A DNA stretch of 64,000 nt, taken from positions 1 to 64,000 of the forward strand of contig NIVC01003839.1 of the NCBI GenBank assembly GCA_002269645.1, written 5' to 3'. Made by a program: the position numbers and the translations under genes. This stretch comes from Macrostomum lignano. Lineage: Eukaryota. Of this stretch, positions 44,603 to 64,000 are shown in pieces (position 1 is the first letter of the stretch; the number at the start of each line of letters is the position of its first letter). The notes below the pieces were generated by a model. The model searched no databases. It was not told the origin of the DNA and saw only the letters and a program-made list of their open reading frames with translations.

Positions 44603-44750
44603 GATGCCGAGAAGGCCCGACTTCGGACTTAACAGGAACCACTAAACTTTGATTCTCTAAATAAAACCGACCTATCATTGCAGCTACTTACCAACTTTGT
44701 GTGTGCAATGCTTGCATCCATAAAACAATGTATTGTTGTCATTCATTCAT

Positions 44751-44944
44751 TCAGTCAGTCAGTCAGTCAGTCAGTCAGTCAGTCAGTCAGTCAGTCAGTC
44801 AGTCAGTCAGTCAGTCAGTCAGTCAGTCAGTCAGTCAGTCAGTCAGTCAGTCAGTCAGTCAGTCAGTCAGTCAGTCAGTCAGTCAGTCAGTCAGTCAGTC
44901 AGTCAGTCAGTCAGTCAGTCAGTCAGTCAGTCAGTCAGTCAGTC
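44751..44944. repeat. (TCAG)n microsatellite
   Basis: About 48 perfect units. Confidence 0.99.
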
Positions 44945-46968
44945 CCCTACTCACTGGAGACCAAATTAAATACCGCTGTGCCAGCCCTGCTCCCGTAGAC
45001 AAAAGCTCCAATACATTGGCAAGCGTTTCTTGGAATAAATTTAAAGCGTGTAAGTCCAAAGGGGCTGCAAAAAGCTTTATTAGAATAGCAGAGTTTACCG
45101 TGGAGTTTACTGCTTGTAGAACAGTCGATTTGATAATTATGATTACTCAAAGACACAAAAGCAAAAATCACAAGCCCATGCGAGTGATATCGTCCATGGT
45201 GATTCTTCTCCCTACACTTTCCCACAGCTTCACAGGAAGAGTAGCTCAAAGTGAAGATAATTTCGCATTGAGATTTTTTATTCAGGATGTCTGAATCAGC
45301 ATTCTGTGGTATTCTGTGCCCTCAACCAACTACAACGAAGTTCGATGAGCAAAGACTCAATAAGCTGATTGCGTATATTGTGCCAGAAACTACTAATAAT
45401 AAGTGTAATGTGGATGGTAGAAATCTTTCGATCGTGTAATTGCGAAAAGAAGAAGACTTAATGGGCTAGAGGCAGAACATATGGACCGGCTTGGTGGTGC
45501 TGGCCGATCTATCCGAGAAGAGAAAGCGCGGTTTCAGCTACGTTCTTAAGTGGTTTATCCAAAGATACGACATAAGTGTGGTGATCGCTTATCTGCATGG
45601 CGTATCGCATGTACGATGTACGCGAAGGATTATTTCAGCATGATGAAATGCAATGAAGATGAGTACCCGTTACGTAAAGGGTAGGGATTGCGTTGTGCCA
45701 GGACCTGTAATTCCATTTAGCATTGAAGAAACTCTTGTCTGAAGGTGTGTTTGGTAGTGATAGTCCATGACAACTCGTGAGTTCCGTGAGTTGTGCGGGG
45801 AGACCATGTGTGTGATTGTCTACCTTGATTGAGGTTAATCGACTCTTACGGACCCAGCTCGACTCTCACTTTAACTATCAAGTCAAAAAAAACTGTTCAA
45901 TACTGTTCGTATATTCCAGAACATTATATAATATTTTTGCTCATTATTTGTTTGATTTATTTCCTGCTTATTCGTTTTTCTTATTTATTTAGATTGTTTT
46001 ACTTGGCCGGGACAAATAAATGCTTTTTTACATTAAAACATATTGACTTTTTTGTCGTAACCAAAATTGGAGCTAATATAGATACCTACATGTGTGTACT
46101 ATATAGTATAACGAAATAATCGGACAATGGTGATTAAGTTTGGCTTTTTGGATTCTAAGGGTAATTGGGCGAGTTCAATCTTCAGCATCGAGGAGCCTTT
46201 TCATATTGCTTGTTCTGGTTCCAGAACCAGAACCAATTTGTGAAGTATAACTTTTTGTCTCCATAACTAGAGGGAGATACGTGCTATAAAGTTTTTATTA
46301 TTGAATGACAATCACCAAGAAGAAAGTGAAAAATTGTGCTAAGTGAGGTTATTAGGGCAGTCAAACATTCAACAGAATTAAATAGTTATACTGCTGTTTT
46401 TCTTGGAAGATCCGAACCGATTCTGATACTGGTCTCGAGGTCTCGAGGTCTGTAATCGTGCTGACAAGTTTTTTTTCGATTTTTAAGTTAAATTTAGATG
46501 CTGTGATGCTGTATATTCTTAATAAATTATCAATTTTGGTCATAAAAATTATGACTGTATAGAAACTAGAAGCCGCTTATAAATATTTGTTATATTACAA
46601 TAAATGCTGCTATATGTTTTTAACTTCGTCAAGTTTTACAATTTTTTCGTACCCTCAATAGGCTAGCTAGCATCATAGTAGTAGTAGTCCACTTTAAAAT
46701 TCTACTATTCTTATTTTTGGGCGGCTGGAGCCCACTAATCTCTTTAGACGTGCTTCTTAGCGAAGTGCTTCATTTTCACACTGTTGTTGTGATCAACTGC
46801 AATCAACAAGCAATAGCATCATTGCTGATTGAAGTTAAGATTCCATAGGCTTAATCTGGCTTTTTATTTAGGCTTAGTTTAGGGGCCTAATTTAATTTTT
46901 TGTAGCTGCAGCAGACCCATTAATAGTATTTTTATAGATAGGCTTATCTGTGTTAATCGAGTAAAATC

Positions 46969-62739
<15,771 letters not shown>

Positions 62740-64000
62740 CTGTCCCGCTTTGGGGGAGGTCGTGAAAATAATGTCAAATTTTTGCTCTCGTGCTTCAACT
62801 TCCTCAGCTGGGATTTCATCTGTTTCAATAAAATTGTTCAAAATCAGACTAGTAAACAAAGTTCTTCGTGTGTCTACTAATAGTACAGATTTGTTTCTTA
62901 TTAAGAAACTTGAACTCAAAATAGAGAATAATACAGTACCGCCCTACTGCCAGTACCTGCTCGTAGTTAGTAGTATCGAACGCGTTTTTCTTTTCGAAAA
63001 CAACAGAGACCCAAGTATTGCTGTTATCTTACCATTATTAATTGATATGCCATGCCAGCGTGTTCTATACTTTTTTACATTATAATCGAATTGTTTTGTG
63101 AACTGTTTTTCCCAGTCTTTATTCACTTGTTAATCTTCTTTAATGCCAGTAAGCTCGCAGGTTCTGTCTGTCTCTTTTTAAAAACTTATTTATTAACTTT
63201 AATTTGCATGCCTTTTACTATATGCCTGTGTTTCTTTTTATATATGGATAAATCTTTCGCGTACACACACACTACTTTTTACAAGAAGTACATAGTTGCA
63301 GAAATCTTGCTGCCTATCTGATCTGATATTTTCTCCCGTTCACCTGGTTGCTGACCCCCTCTATCAGTCCCTATTTTGCAGGTGTCGGTGCTTCATGTTT
63401 GAAATATCGAATGAGAAAAATTAAAATTCTTTTCATTTACATTGTCATTATATTATTGACAGGCCATTGGATTATAGGACAATACAATACTGAGTAAGCA
63501 TTGCGCACAGGTCTATCTGGGGCGACTGTTGAGTCACGTGTGCGTCACGTGAGCTGCAGCTTTGCAGAATCGTAAAAAAAAGTCGCAAAAAAGACGTCCA
63601 AGACGTCAAGTGTTAGCGCTTAACTTTCTACTAACTCAAGTAGGCTAAACAGAGTTGTTGAAAATGCGAAATGCGATTCGAATTCATTAAGTGACGCAGC
63701 TGCACTTTTTAGAACGCAACTCAGTGATTCTTAGGCAACTCGTGAACGACTTTTTGGCGACTTGTACCGTGCCTGGGTACCGTCTTCATCGGGTTAAACA
63801 AATCAAGTCTTCTATTGTTGTTTTTTAACCTGGCTAGCGTGTTGTTTTATAAAATAAGTGTGCGTGCGTTTCTAAAATCATTTGTTGCCTGTGATCTCTG
63901 ATATTAAACCGGATTGGAACAGCAGCGATGCGGGCATTCCGAAACCCCCAGTTTCTATTCGATCAATTTTGGCTCACTCTATCTTCATTATCACATTTTA

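Noticed and set aside
45510-45650. KRKRGFSYVLKWF resembling a viral fusion-protein cleavage site
   Set aside because: Short frame bounded by stops with no other env features.

Overview
Metazoan genomic DNA. The GC-rich exons and minisatellite-filled introns resemble the flatworm Macrostomum; this is an inference, not an identification. Three complete spliced + strand genes can be reconstructed with consistent reading phases: RhoA (16642-21034, 193 aa), a ~1107-aa F-box/LRR protein with an unusual N-terminal half (24216-39716), and p90 RSK (46969-62739, ~771 aa). Also present are a frameshifted 4-TM gene, a single-exon secreted 6-cysteine peptide, a possible second secreted peptide and a 5'-truncated 5S rRNA copy. 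Mobile DNA is dense: a full-length LOA/R1-group LINE with a 14-bp TSD inside an F-box intron, a mariner in a piggyBac remnant, a hAT derivative, several MITEs with 8-bp TSDs and two tRNA-derived SINEs. Fourteen of the 17 introns hold minisatellites, and most long repetitive ORFs in the track are artefacts of these arrays. The best leads are: the cysteine-rich peptide; the F-box protein architecture; the LINE 5' region (ribozyme-like motifs, splice acceptor before ORF1, TAATG stop-start); a spliced-leader-like relic before RhoA; and evidence on how the intronic minisatellites arise and spread.
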